Origin: Eledone cirrhosa
Taxonomy: Eukaryota
Reading direction: 5' to 3'
DNA: 64,000 bases
Assembly (NCBI GenBank): GCA_964016885.1
Contig: OZ024763.1
Location: forward strand, 7,998,001 to 8,062,000
Shown: positions 14,757 to 27,014 of the stretch, in pieces
Layout: the number at the start of each line of letters is the position of its first letter
Numbering within the stretch: the first letter of the stretch is position 1
Made by a program: the position numbers and the translations under genes
The notes under the pieces: generated by a model
What the model was told of the DNA's origin: nothing
The model's database searches: none
Seen by the model: the letters and a program-made list of their open reading frames with translations, nothing else

Positions 14757-15055
14757 TTAAAATAACAGATATATATATATATATATGTGTGTATATAATC
14801 AATTCCTGTTGTCTTTTCTAGATTTACCTGGAGAATGTACACAGCAACATCCGTCAATCTCTCATCGATTTAATGACCAGCCGAGCCCATTCTTTAGTAG
14901 ATTACTACAACATCTCAGACAACAGTAACCGTGTCCAGTACTGGTCAATGCTACAGTGTGCTGTCATTATATCTACAACGTGTCTTCAAATATTCTTCGT
15001 AAGACGTCTCTTTAGAACACAGAATGTCACCCCATCCAAAAAACCGAGAGCGTAA
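1667..15055 (+). CDS. TMED6: p24/TMED family cargo receptor (gamma subfamily, TMED6-like), 4 exons, 311 aa
   Basis: join(1667..2104,10798..10915,12462..12607,14822..15055); GT-AG introns, phases 0/1/0. Hydrophobic signal segment, GOLD domain ([13 protein letters not shown]; [15 protein letters not shown]; [19 protein letters not shown]), coiled region, NRVQYWS, TM, tail FFVRRLF...KKPRA similar to the vertebrate TMED6 tail KKPRC. Family certain; paralog assignment from memory. Confidence 0.88.
2249..2307 (+). ncRNA. Type I hammerhead ribozyme motif, stem I 3' arm displaced by a SINE insertion
   Basis: TATTTTAT CTGATGA [stem II] GAAA T ATAT ATA; the ATAAAATA arm resumes after the insertion at about 2388. 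Confidence 0.6.
2725..2789 (-). ncRNA. Type I hammerhead ribozyme motif
   Basis: ATTTTAT CTGATGA AAGCACACCA...TGGTGTCCTT GAAA T ATGT ATA ATGAAAT. Confidence 0.6.
3600..3650 (-). ncRNA. Type I hammerhead ribozyme motif
   Basis: GGCTTC CTGATGA TTTCTCCCGAAT GAAACAG TTCTAGTC CCGTA GAAGCC. Confidence 0.65.
5870..6897. repeat. About 35-bp minisatellite with two unit variants
   Basis: cactacatctacttcaacactactactattactag repeated. Confidence 0.95.
7070..7770. repeat. 72-bp tandem array within a dispersed repeat
   Basis: 24-aa periodicity in ORF track; same element with fewer units at 48320-48570, 16300-16520 and 42440-42640. Confidence 0.9.
8776..8958 (-). mobile_element. tRNA-derived SINE family A (about 185 bp, more than 20 copies or fragments in the window)
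   Basis: A box TGGCAGTATCGG, B box GAGTTCAAATCC, core GCCTTTCATCCTTACGGGGTCGATAAAATAAAGTACCAG; other copies near 12651, 17918, 19288, 27360, 35480, 47330, 52050, 53398, 57848, 58058. Confidence 0.85.
8972..9037 (-). ncRNA. Type I hammerhead ribozyme motif
   Basis: TATTTCAT CTGATGA AAGCGCACCA...TGGTTGCCCTT GAAA T ATAT ATA ATAAAATA. Confidence 0.62.
10330..10380 (+). ncRNA. Type I hammerhead ribozyme motif, intact, sense in TMED intron 1
   Basis: AGCTTC CTGATGA TTTCTCATGAAT GAAACAG TTCTAGTC CTGTA GAAGCT: 6-bp stem I, 4-bp stem III, GUA triplet. Confidence 0.72.
10798..10915 (+). CDS. TMED6: TMED6-like exon 2
   Basis: ttttcag|[40 protein letters not shown]|gttgta. Confidence 0.88.
11000..11670. 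repeat. 72-bp tandem array, homogeneous centre and degenerate edges
   Basis: ggcagatgacatgatctgag...ggttcaaataattaaactgtgggagaggcatg units. Confidence 0.85.
11995..12080. ncRNA. Divergent pair of minimal hammerhead motifs inside a 154-bp palindrome
   Basis: minus 11995-12032: CGAG CTGAAGA TCCGCTAAGGT GAAAC AATT GTT CTCG; plus 12043-12080 is the same with one stem I mismatch. Confidence 0.62.
12370..12418 (-). ncRNA. Type I hammerhead motif with CCGA core variant
   Basis: TTGCT CCGAAGA A TCCAAAC CTCG GTTTGGA G GAAAC AATT GTA AGCAA. Confidence 0.6.
12462..12607 (+). CDS. TMED6: TMED6-like exon 3
   Basis: tatag|(G)[22 protein letters not shown]...MSNIS|gtaagt. Confidence 0.9.
14822..15055 (+). 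CDS. TMED6: TMED6-like exon 4 (TM and cytosolic tail)
   Basis: ttttctag|[13 protein letters not shown]...[42 protein letters not shown]. Confidence 0.9.
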   Translation: MYLENVHSNIRQSLIDLMTSRAHSLVDYYNISDNSNRVQYWSMLQCAVIISTTCLQIFFVRRLFRTQNVTPSKKPRA

Positions 15056-15201
15056 AGAAATAAAATCATTATCGTCGTATAATTTTTCACACTACTGTCT
15101 CTGCTTTCTTTCCTTTATTTTAGCATCATCATTGTCATCATCATTGTCACTAGCATCATCATCATCATCATCACTGCACCATCATTATTATCATCATCAT
15201 T

Positions 15202-15237
<36 letters not shown>

Positions 15238-15312
15238 CATATATATCATCATCATCATCATCATCTTCGTTTAACGTCCATCTTCCACGGTAGCATGGGT
15301 TAGACGGTATAT

Positions 15313-15353
<41 letters not shown>

Positions 15354-15355
15354 CA

Positions 15356-15405
<50 letters not shown>

Positions 15406-15624
15406 CATGTATATATACATATATATATATACATATATATATATACATATATATATATATACATATATATATTCTTTGCTTAAACTTTAATCTGTTATTT
15501 TAATAAATATTTGCTCTACGGTTCTTATATATTTGATATATATTTATGCTTATCGAGCCCTCTTTGGATTTTAGTCTTCAAATTTATTATTATTACTATA
15601 TACATATATATATGTGTATATATA

Positions 15625-15655
<31 letters not shown>

Positions 15656-15657
15656 TA

Positions 15658-15992
15658 TGGAGGCACATGGCTTAGTGGTTAGAGCATTGAGCTTGCAATC
15701 GAAAGGTTGTGAGTTCAATTCTCAGACCGGGTGATGTGTTGTTTCCTTGAGCAAGACACTTTATTTCACATTGCTCCAGTTTACTCAGCTGTAGAAATGA
15801 AATGATAGGACTGGGGTCCCTATCATTCCACTGTAAAGTGGTCGTGGAGGCGCCACGGCAAAAAAGCACCCAGCACTCACTGTAAATGAGGTTGGTGTTA
15901 GGAAGGGCATCCAGCTGTAGAAATCAAGCCAGAATCAGTTCCCGTCCCACCCTCGCAAGCAGGGAAAGTGGACGTAAAATGAAATGAAATGA
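15658..15992 (+). mobile_element. SINE family B copy
   Basis: near-identical to 63520-63855. Confidence 0.85.
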
Positions 15993-17316
15993 ATATATGA
16001 CACAGGACCATGACAAGTGGAGAGATGCTGTGCTGAATAGGACCCGTCCCACCCTTGCATGCAAAGAAATGCGGACGTAAAATGATGATGATGATCATAT
16101 ATACACATATGACGTGGATTGGCAGTATCGGTAGAGGGTCGGACGCCATGCTTTGCAGCATAGAGTTATGGCCCTTTACAATCTGAGTTCAAATCCTGCG
16201 AAGGTCAACACCACCATCACCATCACCACAATCACCACTACAACCATCATCACCACAATCACCACCACCACCACCACTACTACTAAAGCTATTAAAGTTT
16301 AACCCTTTAGCATTTAAACTGGCCATATCCGACCAGAATTTTCTTACTTCTTTCTGTTCAAACTGGCCATAACTGGCTGCTCATGCTGATTTTAAGGAAT
16401 TGTTCTCAAAATAAATAACATCAAAATCATATAGATTCGATATTATGAGATAATTATGTAAGATAAAGCCTTTAACACAAAAATACAATAGTATATAGAG
16501 AGTAATGTAAATGCTAAAGGGTTAAATAGGACTCTTCTTATTATTTTTGTTGTTGTTGCTTTCAGGTTTAAAAATGGCGCAGCCATATCAGACAAAACGT
16601 GCTGTTATGTCTTCATATTTAAGGCTGTATGTGTGTTTTATTTAGCTTTTAACCTCATCAGATCCCTTGCAAACATAACACAGTTTAACAGAGTGCTGTA
16701 ACCTGCTTGAAGTATTGTAGAATAGGAAATACAAATTTAAATAAAGTTTAAATATTTGAATTGGCAGAGTTGTTAAGACGTTGGATAGAATGCTTTACAA
16801 TATTTGTCCCACCTCGTTGCAAGGTCTGAGTTCAAATCCCACCGAGGTCAACTTTGCCGTTCATCTTTTCGAAGTCGATAAAAAATGTACCAGTCCAGTA
16901 CTGGGGTAGATTCTTTCTCTATAGGAAAAAATCTGCTGTGTTCAGACCTGGAGAGGGTTGGGCTCTGCCAGGTTTAAAAGTGCCCTAGACACACCGTATG
17001 ACAGTGCCTCTATGACTCCACAAGGGGTTATGGGATCTTTATCCTTTTATCTATCTATCTATGTATGTATCTATATCTCTCTCTCTCTCTATATATATAT
17101 ATATACATACATACATACATATATATATGTACCTGTCCAGTACTGCGCTTGATTCTTCCTCTATAGAAAAAAATGGGCTGTGTTCAGAGCTGGAGATGTG
17201 CCATCATTCAAGATCCTTTTTCCCCTGCTTCCAAGGGTTGAAACATGCCATCACAGACCACGTATTTAGCCAGAGTCAGTTATCTCTCAGACAAGCTGGA
17301 GCCATGGGTGTGTATG

Positions 17317-17347
<31 letters not shown>

Positions 17348-17381
17348 ATCTATGTATGACAAGAGACTAGGCATGGCTATG

Positions 17382-17425
<44 letters not shown>

Positions 17426-17675
17426 TATATATCTGTGTATGTATGACCAGAGAACTAGACAAATAAACCAGATATTAGGTATAATTGGAAAGCAAATATA
17501 CCAACATAGACATTTTATCAGCAGGGAAAGTGGACCTTAAACATATATTATATACAAATATGTGTGTGTGTATGTATGAACGTGTGCATATATGTATGTA
17601 TGTATGTATACACGTATATATATGTATGTATGTATGTATACACATATATATATGTGTGTGTGTGTATGTATGTAT

Positions 17676-17735
<60 letters not shown>

Positions 17736-20700
17736 AACCAATGTAGGGCAGAGCATCTGTAATAACCTGAAAAGCAGGTGTTGAAATAATGGAGGATATT
17801 TCAAAGTAAAGAATTTGAAAGAAATCCTGTTTGGATAAACAAACATTGATCAGGAGATAAATAAGAAAAAATATTATATAACAAGATTATAGGATGGACA
17901 AAATCAGGGTCATAAATAATTGTTTCTACTTTTGGCACAAGGCCAGCAATTACCTCAGTGTATTACTGGTACTTTATTTTATCGACCCCGTAAGGATGAA
18001 AGGCAAAGTTAACCTCGGCGGGATTTGAACTCAGAATGGCAAGGGCCATAACTCTATGGTGGAAAGCATGTCGTCCGACCCTCTACCGATACTGCCAATC
18101 CACCACCCTTTCAGGGTCATAAATAATTGTCAGACTACAACATAGTAAATAACTGTGTTTCCTTGATATATATATATATATATATATAATATATATAATA
18201 TATATATATATATATATGGGTATAGAGTTATGGTCCTCATTTACTTGTGTTGAGGCAAATCTGGAATGTTTACATAACCTTACCTATTGAGTACACTGGA
18301 GGATGACCGCTGGGTAAAGAAGTGCCAAGAAATCCCAGTGGAAGGAAGACGCAGTAGAGGAAGACCACGAAAAACATGACCAGAGGTGGTGAGAGCAGAC
18401 CTCTGATCGCTGAAGTTCACGGAGGAGATGACGAAGGACCGTGACAAGTGCAGAGATGCTGTGCTGAATAGGACCCGTCCCACTGATTTAAAGTACCAGT
18501 AATGCCCTGAAGTCGATTTAATTGTCTTCCCCCCTCCTCCAAAATTGTTGGTTTTGTGTCTAAATCAGAAACCATTACTATCTCACATAATATCGAATCT
18601 ATGGGATTTTGATATCATTTATTTTGATAACAATAATTGCCCCCACTCCCTTTTTATGGGGTTTTTTTCTCTCTCTTTTATGTGTTTATCTACGACATTA
18701 TATTTCTAATGTTCTTCTGAACAAATTGTGAACAATTTATAATGTTATTTACGTATTTGTAATATTATTTATACAACTGTGAATAAAAATATAAAGTTAT
18801 AATACCTTAACATCAGTATGAGTGGCCAGTTACGGCTGGTTTAAACTGAAAAGGTGGGAGAATTCTGGCCAGATATGTCTGGTTTAAATGGTGAAAGTAC
18901 TAGACTATTCCAGCACTTTAGACTCACTACCTAGCCTCAAAGATACGATAAAAAAAAAAGCAACAAGATTCTCTGTTAAAAACAATAGACATTAACTAAC
19001 ATAATGGCTAACAACACCGACCTGTGACATGGTGTTATATGTCAGTCTGTCATTGGAAGACTTTGGTAAGGAAACTCAGCCACTGACAACGATGTTGTTA
19101 ATGGTACCTTACTAAAACTATCAGGTGAAGGTGTTTCTACTGATGGTGTTTGGTAATTCCAGCACCATCTTAATACAATATGTGGCAATGTGTCTATATC
19201 TTGACTTGCCTCAAACATATTTAAAAGATGGAAACACCACCAAGCATTGCTTTTTTATTTATTATATTTGTTTATTACTATTATTATTGGATTGGCAGAA
19301 TTAGTAGGGCGTCGGAGTTGTGGCCCTTTACCCTTTACGTTCTGAGTTCAAATCCCACCGAAGTCAACTTTGTCTTTCATCCTTACATAGATTGATAAAA
19401 TAAAGTACCAGTAATACACTGGGTAGATATTACTATATGTTGTGTATATTAAATATGAGTAACAATAGACATTAGCTAACAACACCGACCTGTGACATGG
19501 TTTTATAAGTCAGTCTGTCATTGGAAGACTTTCGTAGGAAACTGAGCCACTGACAACTATGTTGTTAATGGCAGCTTACCTTACTAAAACTATCAGGTGG
19601 TGTTTATAGTAAAGGTACCAGGCCATTCCGACACTTTAGTCTCACTACCCAGCCTCAAAAATATTTAATAAAGAAACACCAACATTCCCTGTTAAACAAC
19701 AACAGTTATAACAAACATAATGGCTAACATAAAAACTACGAACACAGAGCTGAGTGTGTTGTTTTTCTTTTATGTTTTGGTATTGTTCCTCCTCGGTCTG
19801 TGATATACTACCTGAGCCCTTAACAATGACGATATCACCCTTAGTAATGTTACCAGGGTATTGGCTTACTTCAAAGTATTCCATTAACCCTCATGGTGTA
19901 TTGTTTGTCCCTCCCCAGCCTGTGATATTCCAGCTGAGCCCTAAACAACGAGGATGTTATTGCTGACAATACCCTTTTACTAAAGGGATCAGATGATATT
20001 TCAGGCGCTAGACTATTTCCATCACTTTAGTCTCACTACCCCAACTGAAACACCTCCAAACACCCCCTTTTAAACAACAACAGTAATAATAAACTTTAGC
20101 AACTACAATGGTTCCGAACACAAACCTGTGTGTTGTTATTTTCCATTTCGTCCAGCTGAGTTAACAAGAAGACATCACCTGTTGACGGTTAACTTTAGTA
20201 AAAAGATTAGGTATGGTGAAGGTACTAGGTTATACCAGGGATTTAATAAAACTATCAGGTGCTGTGTCACACTTTAGACTCACTAACCAGCCTTAAACAT
20301 ACTTAATAAAGAAACACCAACATTCCCTGTTAAACAACAACAGTTGTAATAAATATAACCATCAACAACACCTTGTGAAGGTGTGTGGCTGGGTGGTTGG
20401 AGAATTGGATTCACAACCGTGAGGTTGATAGTTCGACTCCTCGACCGGGCGATGTGTTATGTCCTTGGGCAAGATACTTTATTTCACGTTGCTCCTTCTA
20501 CCTGGAGTTGCCACCGATAGGTAGTATTAGTAATTGGAAAGACCAACGGAAACACTGTTTCCTCGGTCCGACTTGACGAAAGTCGATCGACTGTTGATAT
20601 ATATATATGTATATATATATTATCCCGAATGAAACAGTTCTACTCCTGTAGAAGCCTTTTATATATATATATATATTTTTTTTTACTTTCCCACGTGCTT

Positions 20701-20858
20701 ACGCTCTGCTAACTCTCTAGCCCACTAAATATTAACACTTCGAATATTTAATACTGCCGGCACTAGTAGCGAGCACCTTTGGCATACGCTACTTGGCAAA
20801 TAACTATATGTATCACCTATCTCTCCCTTTTTTTCTCTCTCTCTCGATACGTAAATAC

Positions 20859-20895
<37 letters not shown>

Positions 20896-20979
20896 GCATA
20901 TATATATATACACACACACATATATATATATATACACACACACACATATACACACACACACATATACACACACACATAT

Positions 20980-21010
<31 letters not shown>

Positions 21011-21494
21011 CACATATACATACACACATATACACACATATATACATATGTATATATATATACATACACACATACATACAATAAACCCTGTTACTACCCC
21101 TACTAAGACAGCTGACTTTCCCACCACAAGGTCCTGGGTTCTAAACCTACATTTGTCCCTATAAATAATTAATTCTCCAAACAAACTCATATATTTAAAC
21201 TTGTAATGTTGACAGTTATAAAGGTTATTTTACGTTTTCTTGACATTTTAAATTTACTAAATTAAATAAAGTTTAATGGAAAATATATTATATTTACATA
21301 GTAGTGGACTGGTGTGTTGGATCTGGCTCCGTGGACTCTCTGAGTTCAAGTCCCACCCAGTCATGTACTGGAGTCGATTCTTCTTCTATATCTCTTTCTC
21401 ACTCTCTCTATCTCTCTCTCCATATATATATGTGTGTATTCATGTATGTATATATATATGTATATATTTGTGTGTATATATATATGTATATATG

Positions 21495-21544
<50 letters not shown>

Positions 21545-21657
21545 TAATATATATGTAAGTATATATATCGTATTTTTACTCCAATAATTTGTTGAGTGCT
21601 TTATATCAGTTATAAAAATATTTGCTTGTTGTATCCCAACAATTTAAATAGAACTTC

Positions 21658-21725
<68 letters not shown>

Positions 21726-22083
21726 GTAATAATAATAAATTTGAAGACTAAAATCCAAAGAGGGCTCGATAAGGATAAATATATATCAAATATATAAGAA
21801 CCGTAGAGCAAATATTTATTAAAATAACAGATTAAAGTTTAAGCAAAGTTTCAGAAGATCCCGTTAAGGGTGAAAGCAGCGATTCTTTGCTTAAACTTTC
21901 ATCTGTTATTTTAATAAATATATATATATATACTTACATATATATATATATATATATATACTTACATATATATATATATATACTTACATATATATATATA
22001 TATATACACACACTTACATATATATTATATAAAAAGTCGTTGGGACATGTAAATAAAGGGGACAGCGAGAGTGTCAAACAAAG

Positions 22084-22266
22084 ATGGTGAAGCAATGAAA
22101 AGTGAGGAAGAAGAAGTCAAGTCCCAAATTTCTATGAATATAAGTTCGGTGAAATCGTGAACGAGAGAGAATAAAGACCATCAAACCTGGTTGGAATGTG
22201 AGCAAGGAAGGAATTCCGTACAGGTCTAACGGGAGGAAGAAGGGGTCTAGTCTGTGAATTCGGTGT
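22084..22266 (+). pseudogene. Possible degenerate bHLH fragment
   Basis: VR*NRERERIKTIKPGWNVSKEGIPYRSNGRKKGS resembles a class II bHLH basic/helix 1/loop; several stops. Confidence 0.3.
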
Positions 22267-22442
22267 ATGTATATATATATACTTACATATATATTATATA
22301 TATATATATATATACTTACATATATATATATTATATATATATATATGCATATATATATGCATATATATATGAGAAACTTCAAGAGAAACTTCAAAGGCCA
22401 GATAATTTCTATCATCCAAAGATATATATATATATACTTACA

Positions 22443-22492
<50 letters not shown>

Positions 22493-22497
22493 TTACA

Positions 22498-22545
<48 letters not shown>

Positions 22546-22550
22546 TTACA

Positions 22551-22590
<40 letters not shown>

Positions 22591-22595
<5 letters not shown>

Positions 22596-23390
22596 CACTA
22601 CAACGCTATTAGTTGTCAGTCGAAGCAGACGACGAAAGCAGACGACGCGTAAGTGGAGTTACTTGAATGAACATTTTTTTTTTTTTCACGCGTTTTTTAT
22701 TAATTTTTTTTTTTTTTTATTAAAGGATATCGATGTAAGTGGAGTTACTTAAATGAAAATATAGGTGGCCCTTAAAAGGGTCAAATTAGAAAACAAATTT
22801 AAGTTAATTAGAAAACAAGTCATGGTTATCAAATAAATTGGATTTAATCATTTATATTTTCATAGTCATGGTTATCAATGTAGAAAACAAGTGATTTTCA
22901 CCAACAGTGGAGTTAACTTAAATGAAAATATAGAAAACAAATTTAAGGTTATCAAATTTTTTTCACCAACCCTTTATGAAGAAATGTTTAGAAAAGAAAT
23001 TTTTTTCACCAACCTTATTCAAAAGCATGGATACAGTCCACATGGAGACAAGAGACAGTCCCCACGGAGATTGATGGTATCTGCTGTAGTAGCGGTAGCG
23101 ATGGAAAGATCGCGATGGTTAATTCCATTAACAATTTGGCCCTTTTAAGGGCCACCTATATTTTCATTTAAGTTAACTCCACTGTTGGTGAAAATCACTT
23201 GTTTTCTACATTGATAACCATGACTATGAAAATATAAATGATTAAATCCAATTTATTTGATAACCACGACTTGTTTTCTAATTAACTTAAATTTGTTTTC
23301 TAATTTGGCCCTTTTACTTACGCGTGGTCACCGTCGTCTGCTTTCATCGGCTGCTTCGACTGACAGCTAATAGCGTTGTAGTGCCTATAT
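22591..23390. repeat. About 800-bp foldback (long inverted repeats) between TA tracts
   Basis: 22591-22655 pairs with 23317-23390; 22755-22932 pairs with 23135-23315. Confidence 0.8.
23138..23156 (+). promoter_or_regulatory. Histone 3' UTR stem-loop motif (orphan)
   Basis: GGCCCT TTTA AGGGCC ACC fits the SLBP-binding consensus; inverted one-mismatch copy at about 22764-22782. Confidence 0.55.
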
Positions 23391-23395
23391 ATATA

Positions 23396-23432
<37 letters not shown>

Positions 23433-23466
23433 GTGTGTGTGTATATATATATATATGTGTGTGTAA

Positions 23467-23512
<46 letters not shown>

Positions 23513-23543
23513 AAGTATATATATATACATATGTGTGTGTAAG

Positions 23544-23608
<65 letters not shown>

Positions 23609-23611
23609 AAG

Positions 23612-23650
<39 letters not shown>

Positions 23651-23706
23651 AAGTATATATATATATATATATGTGTGTGTATATATATATATATATGTGT
23701 GTGTAA

Positions 23707-23750
<44 letters not shown>

Positions 23751-23753
23751 AAG

Positions 23754-23784
<31 letters not shown>

Positions 23785-23816
23785 AAGTATATATATATAT
23801 ATATGTGTGTGTGTAA

Positions 23817-23875
<59 letters not shown>

Positions 23876-24289
23876 ACCAGTCTAGGACTGGGGTCAATTC
23901 TTCCTCTATATCTCCTTCTCCCTCTCTCTCTCTCTCTCTCCCTCACTCTCTCTCTCTCTCTCTCACTCTCTCTCTCTACCCTTCTCTGGAATAAACCTCC
24001 TCTATCCAGACCAGGAGAGGAGCTCCACAATGTTTTAAAATACGTTAGTAACACCGTATATCAATACAGGTCCCTATGGTTCCCTCGGGGGTTACGTGTA
24101 AAAAGAGAAATGGGTGAACCGAAACGAAAACACCAGTCCTCCAGTATGTAAATAAAATATTGTGTTTTTCCTTATTTTTTAAATTTCATTTATAATATAA
24201 TAATGTCAACTATATTTTACAAATAGAAGTTATACAATGGTGAAAATATGTATATATATATATATATATAACAGATTTAATATAGAAAT

Positions 24290-24334
24290 GGCTTCTACAG
24301 GACTAGAACTGTTTCATTCGGGAAAAATCATCAG
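24290..24334 (-). ncRNA. Hammerhead motif in Penelope pLTR (5' arm of stem I lost at an inversion junction)
   Basis: CTGATGA TTTTTCCCGAAT GAAACAG TTCTAGTC CTGTA GAAGCC; same family as 3600 and 10330. Confidence 0.55.
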
Positions 24335-24494
24335 CGGCTTCCTGATGAGTTTTACATTAAGCTATTTTTATATTAAATTTGTTGTATACACTCTACTAAT
24401 GTATTGAGTACCTTACTTGCTGTGGTTACCCCCGATTGAACTGGGTCGATGGAACACTTTGAGGCAAACCCACATGCTGGCAGCATTATCACGG

Positions 24495-24920
24495 ATGGTG
24501 GCGAAGCTAAAGTACTGAAACAGCCAAGCACCCCCACGGGCATCGTCTGATACCTCAGTAAGGCGAGCTGATGGCGAGGCTAAGGTACTGAAACAGTCAA
24601 GCACCCCCACGGGCATCGTCTGATACCTCAGTAAGGCGAGGTGATGGCGAGGCTAAGGTACTGAAACAGCCAAGCACCCTCACGGACACCACCTGACACC
24701 TCGGTAAGGTGAGGTGATGGCGAGGCTAAGGTACTGAAACAACCAAGCACCCTCACGGACATCGTCTGACACCTCAGTAAGGCGAGGTGATGGCGAGGCT
24801 AAGGTACTGAAACAACCAAGCACCCTCACGGACATCGTCTGACACCTCAGTAAGACGAGGTGATGGCGAGGCTAAGGTACTGAAACAGCCAAGCACCCTC
24901 ACGGACATCGTCTGACACCG
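24495..24920. repeat. 73-bp tandem repeat (about 6 units) between the Penelope ORF and pLTR
   Basis: gatggcgaggctaaggtactgaaacagccaagcacc... at 24570, 24643 and onward. Confidence 0.9.
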
Positions 24921-26395
24921 GTTTTTAAGTAAAAACATACCAAGTCCAAGGGAGATAATTCTCACATTTATTTTCTAAATTGTCTTTTTGTCCCCTTAGT
25001 TCACCCCAGTGTTCAACTATCTCCTCCACTAGGTCCGGAGCTGTTTCTCCTATGTATGTTGTTGTCATGTTTCTGCAAGTACCCTCTGTACATCTTATGC
25101 TATAGTCTACATTTCTAGTTTTACAATTTATTTGTGGATTTATTCTACATATAACACATTTCTTATTAGGTTTTCTTAAAGGGGTATGTCTTGCTGATCA
25201 GGGATTTATGGTAGTTCCTGGCTTTTCTACCACTTTAATCTTTAAATAGGTTTTACTTAGGACCTTTCTAAATTGGTTAGCTAATTCACCTCCAGGGGTA
25301 GCATCCATGAACATGACACTCTGGTATCTCTGGTTGTCATACCATGAAGTAGCTTTCTCTATCTTTTGCCTAGTCCTATCTAAACTATTCCATGATGTGC
25401 TCCTGTACAGGGCTCAAGTCCCTTTCAGGTCCATCTCTATGAGGGCCTTGTATTTCGCTGTGGCCCATCCTGACAAATGTCAACTTTGCCTTTCATCATT
25501 TTAAAGGCAATGAAATAAAGTCAGACAACAAGTTTAACCCATGCTGTGGAAAAATGGTCATTAAACAGTGAAGAAGATGATATATATTAAGAAAAAGATC
25601 AAAGTTTCAATTCAAAATATTTTATTTGAAATCACATAAAACACATGTTTTGCAAACGCTGAGGTCTGAGTTTTAATTGGTTACAATCAACTCGACTTTC
25701 GAATCGATTTAATCATCATGAGAGATAAACAGATTTTTTAAAATGACAAATACATTTGATTTGAATAATAATGAATATTATTGTGTACAGTGCTCAGATG
25801 CACTACAACTCATCAAAGGTGCATGTATAGTACATAGAATAATGTAGAAATGTCAGTAAAGGGAACAATATATGAATCATGATATACACACAGACAAACA
25901 CACGCACACACATATATATGTCAGGAAAGTGAACAGAGTATGAGTCATGATATACACACACATGCATGTGTGTGTGTGGTAGGGGATATCAAGTGTAGTG
26001 TTGGCGAATTTTATGTAAGAACCTTTGTTAAGTTATGCAAGAACCTTTCTTAAGTTATGTTCCAAATACCAGCTTAACCCATGTGACACAGGCCCAGGTT
26101 CTATGATACAAAATTGATGGTTTTAAACTGTTTATATTTATCTAAAAAGTTTTCCCTAATAATTAAATGTAAGAACCTTTGTTAAGTTATGTTCCTATGG
26201 TTCTATGATACAAAATTCATTGTTTTAAAGTATTTATATTTATCTAGAAACTTTTCCCTAATAATTTTGTGTAAAAAACTTTGTTAAGTTATGTTCCAAA
26301 CACTGGATTAATAATAAGAAAGTTAGTTATATTGCTAAATCCCTTCAAAATCCTAATCAGTGTTGACTTTCATTAGAAATACGGTAATGAAAGTG

Positions 26396-26620
26396 CTAAG
26401 AGATGTCCAACATCCAAAAATTGGCCCTCTGAGCTCCACTGAAACTTGTAATTGGCCCTAAATGTTTGTCAACAGTCTGAAACAGCTGTAATGTGTGACC
26501 ACTGTACCGGTCATCTCCGTAACCAACAAGGGAACGCTGTTTGGTCAACAGAGAGGAATGTTCTGCTATGTCTTTACCATTGAGAGAGATACGGCCAGAG
26601 TAGATTTGGACAGTACTGAC
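26396..26620 (-). CDS. Unknown gene, last coding exon
   Basis: ttttctgtag|[15 protein letters not shown]...[43 protein letters not shown]. Confidence 0.8.
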   Translation of the reverse strand, partial: VSTVQIYSGRISLNGKDIAEHSSLLTKQRSLVGYGDDRYSGHTLQLFQTVDKHLGPITSFSGAQRANFWMLDIS

Positions 26621-26743
26621 CTACAGAAAAGGTGAAGAGAAAGAGATATAAGGTTTTGAAATAATTTGAAAACACTCTCTACATTACATATATACCAGGG
26701 GTGGTGGAGAGACAGACAGATGTACACACATATATAGATGCAA

Positions 26744-26799
<56 letters not shown>

Positions 26800-26980
26800 A
26801 CAGAGAGAGAGACAGACGGACAGAGAAATTTAAACACATATATATAGATAGATAGATATACACACACATATATATATAATCAGAGAGTGAGAAAAGCGAG
26901 ATAGCCAGACAGAGAGATTTATACACATATATAGAGAGATAGATATACATATATATAAAGAGAGAGAGCAATTTACACAC

Positions 26981-27014
<34 letters not shown>

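Larger units (their letters stand above)
24270..25480 (-). mobile_element. Penelope-like retroelement remnant (linker and GIY-YIG endonuclease, tandem repeats, pLTR with hammerhead)
   Basis: Minus-strand translation ...ALYRSTSWN...WYDNQRYQSVMFMDATPGGELAN...IKVVEKPG...CVIC...NCKTRNVDYSIRCTEGTCRNMTTTYIGET (YIG at about 25050); in-frame stops. Confidence 0.8.

Noticed and set aside
15658-15735. tRNA gene candidates at SINE heads
   Set aside because: A and B boxes are present but continue into SINE bodies repeated many times; no clean cloverleaf or terminator.
24495-24920. CRISPR-like appearance of regular repeats (also 29138, 50572, 58590)
   Set aside because: Units are contiguous without unique spacers, the context is eukaryotic, and there are no cas genes.
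25195-25420. In-frame TGA codons in the Penelope remnant as selenocysteine
   Set aside because: They fall at Arg-like or frameshifted positions rather than Cys positions; ordinary decay is simpler.
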